From Raillietiella orientalis (Eukaryota), in assembly GCA_036172245.1 (NCBI GenBank), contig JAYWIR010000028.1:868001-932000 (forward strand): DNA of 64,000 nucleotides. Reading direction: 5' to 3'. Position numbers and translations under genes: made by a program. The notes beneath the pieces were generated by a model. It made no database searches, was not told where the DNA came from, and saw only the letters and a program-made list of their open reading frames with translations. Each line of letters starts with the position of its first letter. Within the stretch, counting starts at the first letter, position 1. Of the stretch, positions 38,701 through 52,145 are shown one piece after another.

Positions 38701-41032
38701 TTTGGTTCGCTAAGTGCCTCAAGAGCCGGTCGCGTGCCTCGCGGCGCACGTGGCTCTTTAACACCATTCCACTCGCGGAGGGTGTGTTCTTCTTCAGATT
38801 AGGGAGCACTCCGGAAGGGGGGGTCCTCCCTTTGAATCCATGAAGGCTCTCCTCTCACGCTTGGGGAGGGATCTCCCCGCATCGCAACTCCCACCCTGGT
38901 TGTCACCGAAGAGGAACCTCAAAGGGAATCTCCTTCCTCATTCTCTCCGGAGGGTCCCCCGGGAGGGGATGGTCCTCTCCATTCCATCTTCTCCGGAAGG
39001 AACCCGCGAGGGAACCGCTCCTGTTCACTCCTCTGAAGAGAACCCCGAAGGGACGCTTCCGAAACTCAGAAGGGGCGCTGCAGCTTCCCGCAGGGGAATC
39101 GCTCTCGCTTGCTTCCTTGTGCGCTCTATGAAGAGGCGAGACTCGGAGGGTCCCCCCAGAAACAGGGGGGTCCTGTTCTTTAAGCAACTGGAGAGGTGCC
39201 CGTGAGGGCTTCTGCTCCATCTTGAAACCGAAGGGGTCTCCCCCGGTGTGGAGGGTCCGCTCTCCGTTGTACGACAGGAGGGGGAACTCCCCACTCCTTG
39301 AATCCTGGGAGGACCAGAAGGTCGACTCCCATTGTTCCGGACTTCATCGGGGGCCTCCGGCTTAAACGACCCCCGGTGCCACTCCCGAATGTCTCGGCCA
39401 CCAGCACCATTGCAGGAGAAACTCGTAATCCAACGACGCAGTGGCGTCAGTTTCTGCCGCAGTATTCGATCCCGCAACGCGTGGTGCCACACGCGGAAGC
39501 CTCAACCACAAAGCCTCCGACACGGGCATCCTCATTCTTTAGTGATCTGTTTGGGTCAATCACACCATCAATCCACCACGCTCAGAAGTTTTTCCAGTTA
39601 CTCGTTCCGAATATCGCGGTATCCAGATGCGATAGACCCCAATGCTAGGTTTGGAACAGATGCCTCTTGAGACACGAACGACATTCCAAGCAATGAGACC
39701 GCGACCAACTGTCAATGTTTGCAATTCGTGATTAGAACCCTGATCCCTGGAATAGGAAAAGCAAAGGTTGGTAAGGTGTTGTCAAGCATTGTAGCAAGTG
39801 AGGGCCCAGTGAACAGGTGCAAAGTGCAGGAGTGTGTGATAGTTCCCGAGGGTCACACGGACAATGGGTGATTCTGGACAGCACTCAAGGACACGAGGCG
39901 TGCAGTCGTCACTGCGAGCTAACCACAACCTGAAAAAAAAAAGGTGCCATAATTACCGACGTTTGCAGCTGCTGATCATTGGAAAGCACACCGACAGAGC
40001 TCACAAAGGTGTATGGAAGGTTTCACTCGCTCCTACCTTTAACAAACGATGTGCCGGGAGGCTCAAACGATGATTAGGGAATTCTCCGCCGCCTTCCCTG
40101 TCTGGTCGTTCTCACCATTTCATCCTCCGCTCGGGGCTGTGCAGGCTCACGAGGGTCTCTTCACCTGGACCGGTGGTATAACCTGTGCTTCCACTACATA
40201 CACGCTGGACCAGAGCATGGTGATGTGCATCTTTCCTCCCTCACGAGCCTCGCTTAGCGGTGTGAGGCCTCTCCTCTTGGCACGGGGTCGTTTGCCGGAC
40301 CCCACGGCACTCGCTCCGACAGGCGCTGCCCGCTGCCGCTGCCGGCGGCAGCCTGCAGGGCCGACCCCCTTCTGCGCTCGCTCTCCTCCCTTCCTCGCGT
40401 CTCCTCTGGTGCTTTGGCAGAATTTTCGCACGACGTCCACTGCCGTGGCGTTCGGCGCCGCCTGCCAGAGGCGGACAGTATCCCGTCCCAGTTGGGACGT
40501 ACGTTCCGGGAATGCGTTGATCGGCTCCCACCTTTTTCCTGCGTAGTCCCTGCGTCTCGGGGCTCTGCCTACCTCCGTGCCTCTCTCGGTGGCCGCGTCT
40601 TCGCTCCCGACGCAGTGGTGGGGAACGTGGTTGAGGAACGAACTCCTCGCGCACCTGATGCACTCGCAAGGTCGGTGCCGCCCTCCTTGGCGTTGGTGGG
40701 CGTTGCCCGTGCCCGTGGTGAATCGGGCCGCGCCGCCCGAACAACTCCGCAATCTCAAAGTCTTGAATCTTCACCGCTGAGCGGAGCGCGCGTCGACGCA
40801 CCGTCCCGTCTCGCGCAGGGCATGGCCTTCCTTCTTCCCCTCTTTTCGACGAGGGAAGGGCCGTGATTCCTTGCGTTGCGTTTCGCGCGCGCTCTGGACG
40901 TGATTCCCTCCCCCGCGTGCCTGTTGACGTTCCTGGTCGTAGCTTCGGCTTGCTCCTTCCTCGGGGGTGCATCCCTCTTCCCTCACTCGGGCAGGCGCTG
41001 GTCTTCGAAAGGCTCCTGGATTCCCGGAAGAT

Positions 41033-41110
41033 ACGTTATAGATTATTAATTATTCATTACTAATCTAAACAGTTGGAATATTGTATAATTTTGAGCATAT
41101 TCTTCTAAAA
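41033..41110. repeat. Dispersed 78-bp AT-rich direct repeat, copy 1
   Basis: acgttatagattattaattatt...catattcttctaaaa; 72/78 identical to 41584-41661. Confidence 0.95.
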
Positions 41111-41583
41111 GCTTTCAAAATGGCCATTGCATTCAGTATCAGGTGTCAAGTAAAAATGTTTCATGAACTGATAATTAGTCAGCAAAGAATTGATATTACA
41201 GAATAAGATTTAATAATCACTTTTAATGGACTTAAGATGATTTTTATATAAGCAAAATTGTAAAAATTAATGCCATAGAACTTTCGAAAGTTTATACCAA
41301 CAACAGCCCTTCCGAGGTGGATCCATCTTGTAGGAGGATAAATAAACGAAGCAACAGGATAGGGATGCGTGGAGTTGAAGATAGGAGAAAGCATCCTGAA
41401 TTTCGCATTCTCTTGGAATCCGACAGCGGCAGAATTTTTCTTACATTTTTTTTTGGAACTGCAACCTGCGATCTCTTTTTTCTTCTTCCTTTCCTTCTTG
41501 CCCAAGTGAAGCGTTTTCGAAAGAGAAGCTCTGGTGAACTCATGACGTTCGAATGGAGCCGTCTGAAGACAGTCTTCACAAGC

Positions 41584-41661
41584 ACGTTATAGATTATTAA
41601 TTATTTATTACTAATCTAAACATTTAGAATATTATGTAATTTTAAGCATATTCTTCTAAAA
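41584..41661. repeat. Dispersed 78-bp AT-rich direct repeat, copy 2
   Basis: Same orientation as 41033-41110, 6 substitutions. Confidence 0.95.
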
Positions 41662-42577
41662 CCACGCTGCTCACTCATCTTGCTCGTTTGGAGGCGGGGA
41701 TCAGGGAACGTTTTCTTCCTCGTTGTGCTGGAAAGCGAAGCGAAAATTCCGTTGCTTCATCTGAAAGCGTTCTGAGGGATTTCTTTCATCGCTCACAGCT
41801 TCCATCTTCCATGAGCCTGCTCTCATGTGATTATATGGCTCCGTGTGCTCACCGGGGATGTTGAGGATCATCAGGCGCGTCAGCAAAGGAGGCAGGGAAA
41901 GCAGCCACGTGTCCTTACCTACTGGGGTTGAACCACAATCAGAAGAAAGTAGGATGTTTCCACCACTTCACGAGGTGTCTTCCAGCTTTTGGTTTTCCAC
42001 TGTTGCTGTTTCAGTCCTGTTAAAGGATTTTGCTGCAGGCGATTCGTTGGGTTCCCACCATTTTCCTTGTCTGATGAGCCCAGTTCCCGTGAACAAACTG
42101 TGATTATTACATAAGTCAAGGCGGGGACTTTTGCTGTTCACCCCTTCCTCGATTTTCCTGATAACCCTGCTGCTCTGTGCTGCATAAGCGTCTTGCTCGT
42201 GTGGTTCTTTTCCTTGGTATGACTTTCTGGAAGCTCAGCATTCTTGGGTGAAAGCGCTTGGGTGCCTCACATTTTGAAAGCCGAGTCTCCTGGAGACGGA
42301 AATTTCCTCTTGCCAGCTCAGAACGTCTTTGGCTTCGGGAGGGCTAGAGAGTGAGATCGAGCATCCTGATGCTTCCTCTCGTGCACCTCGTTGCAATGGG
42401 ACGAACTGTGTCTGCTGGCAATCGTTCGGGATGCTGGCTCGCTAGATCACCAGCTGTTGTTCGATCGGAGTCTCTACTGCTGCGCCAAGCTTAGAGCTCA
42501 GAGTTGTGCAGCAAAATCACGCAGCCTGCACATTGCATTGCGGAAAAAAAAATCAGAGTCATTATTCGAAAAAATCA

Positions 42578-42583
42578 TTTATT
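42578..42583 (-). promoter_or_regulatory. Candidate polyadenylation signal of Spaetzle-like gene A
   Basis: AATAAA on the minus strand about 180 nt after the stop at 42762. Confidence 0.45.
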
Positions 42584-42761
42584 AATAGTTGGAAAATAAA
42601 AAAACACACACACACGAAAAAAAGGTGGTCGAAAGATGAGAAATTGGAAAGCTGCACGGATTAGGGCAAGGTGATGAAGGACTTCTTTATCCTTCCAGTG
42701 CCGTAGGGAACTTCAACGTTTTGCTGAGATCATCGTCCATAGCACACACTCTTCTTGGGCT

Positions 42762-44395
42762 TCAGTGTTTGTCGGAGAACGCATCGACTTGGCAAGAGCA
42801 TGATGAGGGTAACCGAAAGCTTTCTATCGAGAAGGGAAAGTACTGATTGTAAGGATCGAAAACGAGGAGCTTATGGTAGACGTTTTTCTGAACGGATTCA
42901 GACCCATAGCAATCCGGAATCAACGGGCAAGGTTTTCCGGGCTCGTTGCAAATTTCGATACGAACACTTTGAGTGAACTCATCGTAGTCGACCTTCACGT
43001 GGTTGACGATGAACCGCCAGCTTCCTTGCACATTCAGTGCCCTCACGGGCTGGATGTAATCAACGACCGAAGGGGACAAAGAAATTTCCTCTGACAGGTG
43101 GTGGAGCTCATCGACTGACGCTTGAGTGTCGAGTCCAGCTATGTCTGCATAAAATTCCAGGAACCGCTGCTGATACTCTTTGATGGCGTACTTCAGTTCG
43201 GATCTGAGTGCGCGCATAAAAACAAGCTCCTTGGGAATGCAACACTTACAGAGGATACTGATCATCTTCGGTACACCACGTAGTGTTGGTTAATCGAGCG
43301 CAAGCAGGGATTTCTTCTTTATGTGATGGCTTGTACTGTCTCCCATACTCGGCATAGGATGGCCTGGGACGATGCTTCGCATGAGCGGGATGCTCGTAGC
43401 CAGGACGCGAAGGATGAAGCCGTGTAGCTATGGCGACGTTTAATACTGCGGTGGCACTCTGGAAATCATTCGCAAATGCATTAAGGTCGAAGGATAGCTA
43501 GAGATCTGGAATCTTAGCTAATCTGGAAAGTCACTCCGTTTCAGCTAGACAGAAATCGTTTCGTGCAATGCTGCGGCCAAGCCGAAAAAGAGATTCAAAG
43601 AAAGAAAGAAATTTTCCCTAAATTCTATATTTGCCCGTATCCCATCCGTATGCCTTTTTTTTTTTTTTTTAGATTCCAGCTCTTTTTTCCGATGCAGAAA
43701 TTCTGTATCGCCGTGCCTTCCGCAACGTAAAGAAAAGCAAAGAATCCGACCTCATGCATGCCGCTCATTGCCATCTTGAACTCTGCAGCCCCACTTTTCG
43801 ACTCAGCCAATCAGAACTTTCATTTGAAACACCAGACAGATTCGACATTACAGATTTACTGTTCGTTTCCTCTCCAGGAAGTACTCACAAATCTTCCTCA
43901 CTGATTCCCCAGTGAGTTCTCAGTCAAAACTGCGGAATTGAACGGCAAACATCGTTTCAATGAAAAACGGGGGTGGGGGTGGGTGGGAGGAAACTTCACC
44001 TTCCACTCACGCACTTTGCATGCTTCAGCCGAATTCACCAAAGAATCAGCATTTCAGATACGTTTCCTTTTAACCAACGCTAGAAGGAGATCATTGCTCA
44101 CAAAGTTGCAGATTCCGACCGAGTCAGAGATCAGCAGGAACCCCCTGCACTCTTCCTAATCAATTTTTTTCTCCCCTCAGATCGCTTTCCATTAGGATTC
44201 AAATAGGATGGTACTCGCATAAATGGGAATTTCCGCTTAGACACTATCGGAATTTTCTAAAATGCAGATGGGCTTCAGTTGAACCCCTCAGTTTCCGGCA
44301 CACGGTGTGGCAAAAAATGCTCTGTACCGCACAACATTTCACTATCTGGCGCTGTAACAACGCAATGAAACACTTACCAATATGTACAAAATCAT
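42762..44395 (-). CDS. Spaetzle/neurotrophin-like secreted cystine-knot protein A, 222 aa
   Basis: Exons 44395-44378 (MILYIL), 43458-43250, 43203-42762; total 669 nt. Signal peptide MILYILSATAVLNVAIA; pro-domain motif PAC...TWCTEDDQYP; knot domain with PVRALNVQGSWRFIVN, TQSVRIEIC, PC, VQK...HKLLVFDP, FRLPSSCSC. Confidence 0.92.
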
Positions 44396-44454
44396 GGTGG
44401 TTCTACTGAGGTGCAACTAAAGAATTCAAGAGGAAAGAGCGAAGAAGCGAAACA

Positions 44455-44491
44455 GAATACCGAGGACGACGGTGCAGAAATCCTTTATATA
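44455..44491 (-). promoter_or_regulatory. TATA box and Inr-like core promoter of Spaetzle-like gene A
   Basis: TATATAAA on the minus strand at 44491-44484; TCGGT (cf. arthropod Inr TCAGT) at about 44463-44459; ATG about 65 nt further on. Confidence 0.55.
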
Positions 44492-45509
44492 TTTATCAAA
44501 AACTTCCTTTCTCTTTCTCCATAAAGTGATCTCAGAAAGTGATGCCTTCGAGGCGATTGGATTACGCATGCCGCCTAGGGAGGATCAGCATCCTGAGACT
44601 GTGTCTTTCGCGAGAAAAAAAAGAAAAAAAACATAATAACAACAAAGTTTTGTCATCCTTCGATTACAAGTTTATGAAAATGCAGATATGGACCCGCTGG
44701 GAATGTTTAGAACTCGGCCCGTCATCTGCTGGAGTATGGAGCAGAGAGCCGTTTTGCAAAGGAGTCTTAGCAGACGAGAAGTCTTCTGCAATGAGGATGA
44801 AGTCTGGGTGCACACTCGATGAGAAAACACCGAACCACGGTGTCCCTTTCATGCATTCGAGCAAATCCCAAAATGCAGCTAAAATAATTACCGTCTCCCT
44901 TCCGTGTCGTTCCTGTTCTATAATAGAGAGCATCGCACTTTGAGTGCAGAAAATTCCTAATAAAAAATAACCGTTTATTGAGTGTTTTTCCAAAAGCGCA
45001 AATTCACGATTGCTCTTTTTTTTCTTTTCTTCTCCTTCTCCCCCCCATGCAATGGATACAAATGATCATATTGCTCCTCTTTTTTTTTTTCCTTTCCAGC
45101 TGGTGATACATTCAGTATGAGTAACAGAGATTAGCATACTCGGCAAGGAAACCGCAGTTGATTTCATCCAGCTTCCATTCGAACGGCTTCTAAGTGCATG
45201 AGCACTTTTTTGCCACTTCGAATAGGGATATGAGCAGGCTAAAACGGGGAATCAAAACGATTTTCCCGGGTCGGAGCTTGGATACATTTTGTCCAAGATG
45301 CCGAGGCGCTGGAATCTGGGCTGGACCAAACGCTCGGCTGCTGGATGCGATCGCAAGCAGTTTGATTTGATGCCAGAGGATCGTTAGCCTGCAACTTGAT
45401 GGAGCCGTTGTCCAAGTGCTCGACACGCAGAGACACCCCAGCGAGACTGACGTTCGGAGTCTGCAGCCTCAAAGATCACGTTTTCTTTTCCCCTTCCTGG
45501 TAAAAAAAA

Positions 45510-45550
45510 AAAGAAAGAAAGAAAGAAGGAAGGAAGGAAGGAAGGAAGGA
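45510..45550. repeat. (GAAA)n/(GAAG)n microsatellite after a poly-A run
   Basis: Tandem tetranucleotide units visible in the sequence. Confidence 0.85.
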
Positions 45551-48500
45551 TAATCTTCAAATGAACGTTGCACTCAGATTAACAAGTGAAGATTCCACTC
45601 CAAAAGCAAATAGATTGTGCTGTGTGCGGCTCTGTGACGTGACTTTTCAGACTCGCGTGAGTGCTGTATAGCTCTCCCTCTGTCTTTTTTCCAGCGTGGT
45701 TTCCAATCATTTCAGGCTGTTGAAATCTTCGATCTTTCTTGTCTCATTCTTTGACCATCGGCACCCTATCAGAAAAGCACTTGCCCGTCACGGCTGACCG
45801 TCTGACGGCTGACTGACAAAATCTGGGTAGAATCTTGTGCAAGGATGTCTGTGGATTCGCCGTATCTTCTTTTGGATACGCCAACACCTGAATTTCAAGA
45901 TCAGCTGCAGGTCGCGGTACATGGAAACTGTGGGCGTGTTTATGCTCTTTATTCGATTCTGTCAGTCAGGCGATGTTGATTTAAGTTTTGTGGGAGTCTG
46001 CTCCGTGTGTGAACTCCTACTTCTCTGGCGTTTCTGCCTTTCCACGAAGCGGAACCAAGTGGATCCCAAGAAGCCATCAGCTCCTCCACGTGCTTACGTG
46101 AATGGTCATTCTAATTCCCATTCCTCGTCGTAACTTTGGCAAGGGAGGTAGAGTGCCGCCTCTGACCACTTCCTTGCAAGTAGAATGCATGTCTTCTCCT
46201 CCTTCCACGAAACTCATCTTATCGCCCTGCAAAATTTCAGAAAATTACATGCCTGCATGTGCAGAGAGACATCCCACTAAGCGCATATGCGCGCACACGT
46301 GTGTACGTGCACGTCCGGATACGTACTCATGTGTGAAGATGTATAGAAATGTATTTATTTATACATGTGTACTATCTAGCTGTTTTTTTCCCTCTTAGGA
46401 ACTCACACTGATTATAACGCACATGCATAATATATTTCCATTAGGCTATCGTGCAACGCGGCAGATAAGTTTGCGTTATACGAGCCCTATGGGTAGGCCC
46501 TACATGGATCATGTAGTAGTATTTATAAAAGATATACAACGTATCTTAAGCGTTATAACCGTACAATGCTCATACCACTTAGAAGCAAAAAGAAAAAAAA
46601 ACAGAGTGTTTATTTGTTATTTAACTTTAAGTTTTGGAGTTTCGTCTCTACTCAAAGAGTTGTGTAGTTTCAGCTTTAAATAGTAATATCTTCTTGCGCT
46701 ACTTCTCTCACGAAGATATGAATAACCCAGGACTCGGCCTACTCAAATCGTGTGTTCGTATCAGTGTGGAAAACAGCTGAACTGACGCTTTTTTCACAAA
46801 ATTATCATCAACCGCTGATTGACCGCGTTATACGAGGGCTGTCGCCACTTTGTCGTCGCATTTTGCGAATCCCGTCATACGGGGGTCCACACTGTACAGC
46901 AACTTCAGTACCTGCCTTGTACATCCTTTCACACACACACACATCCTCCCACGAAGCTAATATCACGTGAGGTGCAGAACATTTTCCTTAAGGGAAAGTT
47001 ACGATGAATTTTTCGAATGTTTACTTTTCAATGTGTGAAGTCCAAGATGTACATAAGCAAGCTCATAGCAAAGGAATGTGAATCCATTACATTAAGGAAA
47101 ACCTCATTGGACTTCAGTGTAGAGGAAGAGACGGGTTCCATCCAGACGACCAGAACACCGCTGTTGAAAGTACACAGAAAGCAATTAAGCAATATCAGCA
47201 GAATGATGAGTGACACTTCCGGTCGCATCCAGAGCAAAGTACCACAAAAGGAAAGGTACGCAAGATGACATGTAAAGCACAATTGGGATTTCGCTTTAGG
47301 TCGCGTGCTCGCTGTTCTTACAAACCCACTTTCACAGCAAGGAGGGAGCATCCTTAGGAGTGAGCAAGCGGTCTGAATGTACCTGGATGCTGATCATTGC
47401 TTTTCTTTCTGTGGCATCAATCATTTGACAACGCTTAGGTCTTTAAATGTGTTGAAAATGATAACGGCGATGATAATGGATGGATGGGATGCGTGCAATG
47501 AAAAATACGTACTTTTTTACATCCCGCAGCTTTTTTCAAGCCGCTATCTTTTTCTCGGGTTCCCTAGCTGTCTGGCGAAGAGAATATTACTCGTCCATTT
47601 CTTGCAGGCGAAGCCACCGCCACTTCTCGGTTCGGATTTCTTTCTCGACAGCAAGGTTCGGCCAACTTTCGATTTCATCTCAGTCCGTTTTCGTCGCCAG
47701 CTTCAAACTCCGGAAAGGTCAGTTCCATCTAGTGTCGAAGTTATCCCGAGGCGCCGGCGATTTAGCGGAAATCGAGGGGATCGCTTCTCTCCGCTGCGAA
47801 CAAGACTGAAGATGAGGTCCACGGGAACAACAGATAGGAGTCTGCGCTCTTGGCATACCAAAACAGTATGCTTCTGCTTCTTCTAACAAGTGCTAGAGAG
47901 GATGCAAACGCCAGACGAGTTCCATGCTTATGCAGCACGCAGTAGCAGGGAAGGAAATCTCCCAGAATGTATACTCGTTCTGACAGGTCATTTGCATCCG
48001 CCTCCCAGTTAGAATGATCTATCCCCCCTGGAGGAAGCAACCTGCCCCAGTTCTTTCGTCCTGATAGAAGCATCGAAGGAGCAATTCGGGAATCTCGACT
48101 GCTCTCAAGCTATTAGAAGTTGTTTTTCACTGATTAGCATTCCATTCTATTTCCAGAACTGCACCAGTGTGAGCGGTGGTCTCCAAGGGATGTAAAACCC
48201 TCTTTGGAAGCCAACTTGGAATTCGCTCTCCTTTTGTTCATGCGTGCGAAGCTGGACTCTTTGGCAGTGGCTATTTCCACTAAGTCTGCATTCTTTTGCT
48301 CCACGATATATTGCTCCAGACATTTGCCTTTTCGGGTGCAGAGTCCCATTTGCAACTTGCAGAAGGGCAGATTGAAAACCGTTCGAGGATTACCCCACCA
48401 AAAGGCTGCCGTCAGCCCATCGAACTGGTTGCCCAAACTTGGAAACGTCCTTTGGTGAACCCCGGAAAAAAAAAAAAAAAAAAAAAAAGGAAATGTTTCC

Positions 48501-51500
48501 ATCGACACTTTTGTTATCCATATACTCGTGTGTGCTCCTGTTTTCCTCCTGAAGTGCGATGTTTTGCAACTTGTCTTCTTGTCCTCGTTTTCCGAATACT
48601 CTTTCAACCCACTTTGGAAATGCGTGGCATGTAGGAAACGTTCAGAGCTTGCATCATTGATTGAGTACATTGTCATTAGCCGTGTGTCCAGAGGCAGAAG
48701 GGAGTTTCCTTCATAAATCCTTCCAGAATCGTCTTTTCCTGTGTACAAGGAGAGCATATCAATGAAAGGAAACGCGTCGAATGCTTTGAACCGCATGGGA
48801 TTCTCATGTGCAACTCGCACGAGTGTACACAAACACCCGTGCGATTCCATATGCATAGACAGACGTGTGCATGCGTACATGCAAGTGCACGCCCGTAAAC
48901 GCATGAACGAGCGGGCAGGAACACATCTATCGAGCAAGGCCTGCAAGACAATACACATATGTAAATCCCTACACGCTGTGCGCTCACGGTGACCAGATGT
49001 TTGTGGAAAACATAACGGATATCTGTATGTGAAAGTGCCACATGGAGGTGCATGCGCATTGATAATTTCCAGTGTGTGAATCCGAGAATGTGGACTGCTG
49101 TTTGACAGCAGCTTGGAAGCTCTTTTTCGTCGAACAGAGTTTCACCCTATTCCTGGAACTGCAGAAGTATGAATGAACTGGTCCTCAAGGGATTCGTTGC
49201 CTTCTGTTCAAAGTTGCCTTCAGGTCTGGGAGCATCCTCGGAGTATCCGAGGCTGAGAAGTCTCCAGAGGTGCCTTACGTTAGATTTGTTGGCAGCAATT
49301 GGCCGGTTGGGTGTTGCACTGCCCATTGTGCACACGTCCACCTTCAATATTCAGCTTTATCACAGGGTCACGTGATAGGGAAAGAAGAGAGAGGGAGAGA
49401 GAGGGAGAAAAGGAAAAAAGAAAGAGCAAAGTGATTACAAAATTCGAGATTTCAGTTTGGGAAAATCCAGAACTTTGGAGTGCTCCGACTCGTGTGAGAA
49501 AAAAAGACTGAAACATGAACTCCAAATATCGCGGGTCACTCCCAAGCAAATATCAGTCAGCGATCGGTCAGAAGCTGCACGGAAAACAGGGAATGTTTTT
49601 TTTTTTTTGGACTCGTAGCGAGACAAATTCATGTTTTAAAATAGGAGAGAATCCGACTCTCACGACTCGATTTTGTGGAATTGGAGCATTCGAGCCTCCA
49701 TCCTCCTCCTTTTACTGAAGACGAAAAGGCGTAATTCTGCTAAGCAGATGGATTCGGTAGGGTGGCTCAGACTGCTTCAGCAGAACGGGCGCGGAGGCGA
49801 CCCAGGGAAGAACAGCACAGACCTCAACGTGAGACAAGGAACTCTTGTGGAAACAGGGAATCGCTCTTCGATAGCATCTGCCTCTGGGCTGGGTATCATC
49901 ACTCATGACTGAACAAAGTCGGATGGTTCCTCAGGGTATCGAAAAGACCGAGACGGAAGCCACCGGTGCCAGAACATTGCCATTCGTTGATTATGGGGTA
50001 TTCGATTGGGAAATTGACAGATTCGCTGTTCCCAAATGCGCACGAGAACTCAGCTTCGTTCCTACTTCGAGGTGGACATTTGAAAGGGATGTGAACTTTC
50101 GATGATCACATGCATTCTGGAAACCTTGGTGCTCGGAGAGCATGGAATTACCTCTGCTTTCTTCCTCCTGCCCTTATCCTCAAAAGTGGCAATGAAATCT
50201 AGATAATTTTCCACCACACAAATACCAAATTCCATTCCAATTATCTACTTCATAGCAGAAATTTTTCTTTAGCACCTCATCGCAACTTGGGGAACCCATA
50301 GATGATCTTCTAGTCGTGAACCATTATCTACGATGGAATATCTTCATTTCTCAGTATTTCATTTTTCTCGTGCCCTCTGAATAGAATGAAAATGCTATCA
50401 ATTTCTGGGAAGCCAATCCTTAGATTCTGTGATTCTTCTGGAAGTCAGGAAGAACAGAAGTCAGGGTTTCCAAGATACCAAGAAATATTGTCACAGTGAA
50501 CGTCCTCACAATATCTACGACTTCTGGAAATCAGATGTAGATTGCAGTGTATTTTTTTCCTATCTTCGAGCGAGATCGTGTTTTCAGTCTGAGACATGTT
50601 CTCTTTCTCTCTTTGCTATGCAACGTGGCATTTGACTCCTGATGATTTGGGGTTTCGAGATCAAATCGGATCGGATGGAGCATCTCGGGATTCGAGAAAT
50701 CTCTTGGATGAAGGATTTTCGTTTTCATTTGTCCATGCAAGCGAGCCCCCGTCTCATCAGGCGGACACCGCTGCATGCATCAATCTTCCGTCTCCGAAGG
50801 CAATAGCTGCCGAGACAAACATTAGACATGGCTTTAATAGATAGATTCGGAGATCCTTATTAGAACCTGATTTCCTGGCTGCACACATCACAAGGACTCC
50901 TGACTGTTTTTGCTGATTCCAGCCACGTGATGGACTGCACCAAGGAGGATTCATGTTGATGTTTATCGATGGGAACATTCTGATTGCCGAACTGTCATGC
51001 AGAATCCATTAGTCCACTGATTGGAGAACAGGGAAGAAATACTTTTCCTTTAGTAAAGGAATTTCAGGGATATACGTGAGCTCTAGCAGTGTCGGACTAG
51101 AAAGGAAACGGTTCCCCAAATGCTCAATTATTTTCAATTAGGTATTGCGTGAATGATTTATGATACATAATGAGCATCTGAAAGTATCTCACAATCTTTT
51201 TTTCATGAGCATCCTCTGAAGACAGAGCGTAGGATTCGAACAGAAACACTCGAAAGCGCGATTTCCTGTGTTGTTTTCAAGAGCTTCTGTGAACTCCATT
51301 GGATTTTCCACAGTGACATTTTTGTTTGAATTTCATGCTTGGAAACTCATGAAATTGGAAAGGCCACGGACACGAGAACGGATGAGACGGAATTCGGTGC
51401 TGCAACCTGAGCAAATCATGAAAATGCTGAGCACTACTAAACTTGTGCCAATGGAACTCCCCCCCCCCCCCAAAAAAAAAAAAAAAAAAAGAAAAAAGAA

Positions 51501-51959
51501 AAATAGAAGAATACCTGAACGGGTATACCTCAAAGCTTCGATTCTCATTTTAAGATGTGCCGTTTTGCCTTTAGCTGGGACACATTCTACGAACAGAATC
51601 TTATCACTACGTGGAAACGTGTTTTACTTATATTGCGCCCCAAATCTGTGCTTCACTTCGTGCTGCCGGTCATGACGAATGAGTGAGGTGAAACCGGGCA
51701 ACACTTCTTGGAGTTTCCAAGGTTCCGACTCCACGAGTGAGGTTCCTGGACACCAGACTCAAAGAGGAAACCTCCTGGAAAATAGCAGCCTGAGCGGGAC
51801 AGCAAATGCTTCCTCCATCACGGGGCGGTGGAGTTCTAAAACCCGGAGTCTGCGGCTCAAGCTGGCGACCGGAACCAGAGAAAGATAGGTTAAACCCCAT
51901 AATCAGGGGGTGGAGATCAGGAGGTGAAGAACCAGGGCACTTTGGAAGAGGTTGGCTCT

Positions 51960-52145
51960 CTATCTGGGGAGATGGTGTTCGTTTACGTTTTCGAAAGAAG
52001 AAATCTGACCTAGTTGCTGACAGTACTCGATGCAACCCTTTTCGACGCACTCGAAAGAGTACTCTATGAGCCTGTTGCACCGGAAGCATTTTGTTCGCGT
52101 GCATCCACGTTGGCTTACCTCAGCATCCCGATGTTCGTAGTTCAA
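51960..52145 (-). mobile_element. Possible decayed gag/ORF1 zinc-knuckle relic
   Basis: Two degenerate CCHC-like knuckles, CFRCNRLIEYSFEC and CIEYCQQLGQ, with the His positions lost; no pol sequence recognised nearby. Confidence 0.3.

Noticed and set aside
38800..39930. Possible LTR end plus primer-binding site (minus strand TGACA-gt-TGGTCGCGG near 39700)
   Set aside because: No second LTR, no tRNA match I can name and no gag/pol motifs downstream.
48134..48958. 274-aa minus-strand ORF
   Set aside because: Runs through a poly-T tract and purine-pyrimidine repeats; no homology signal.
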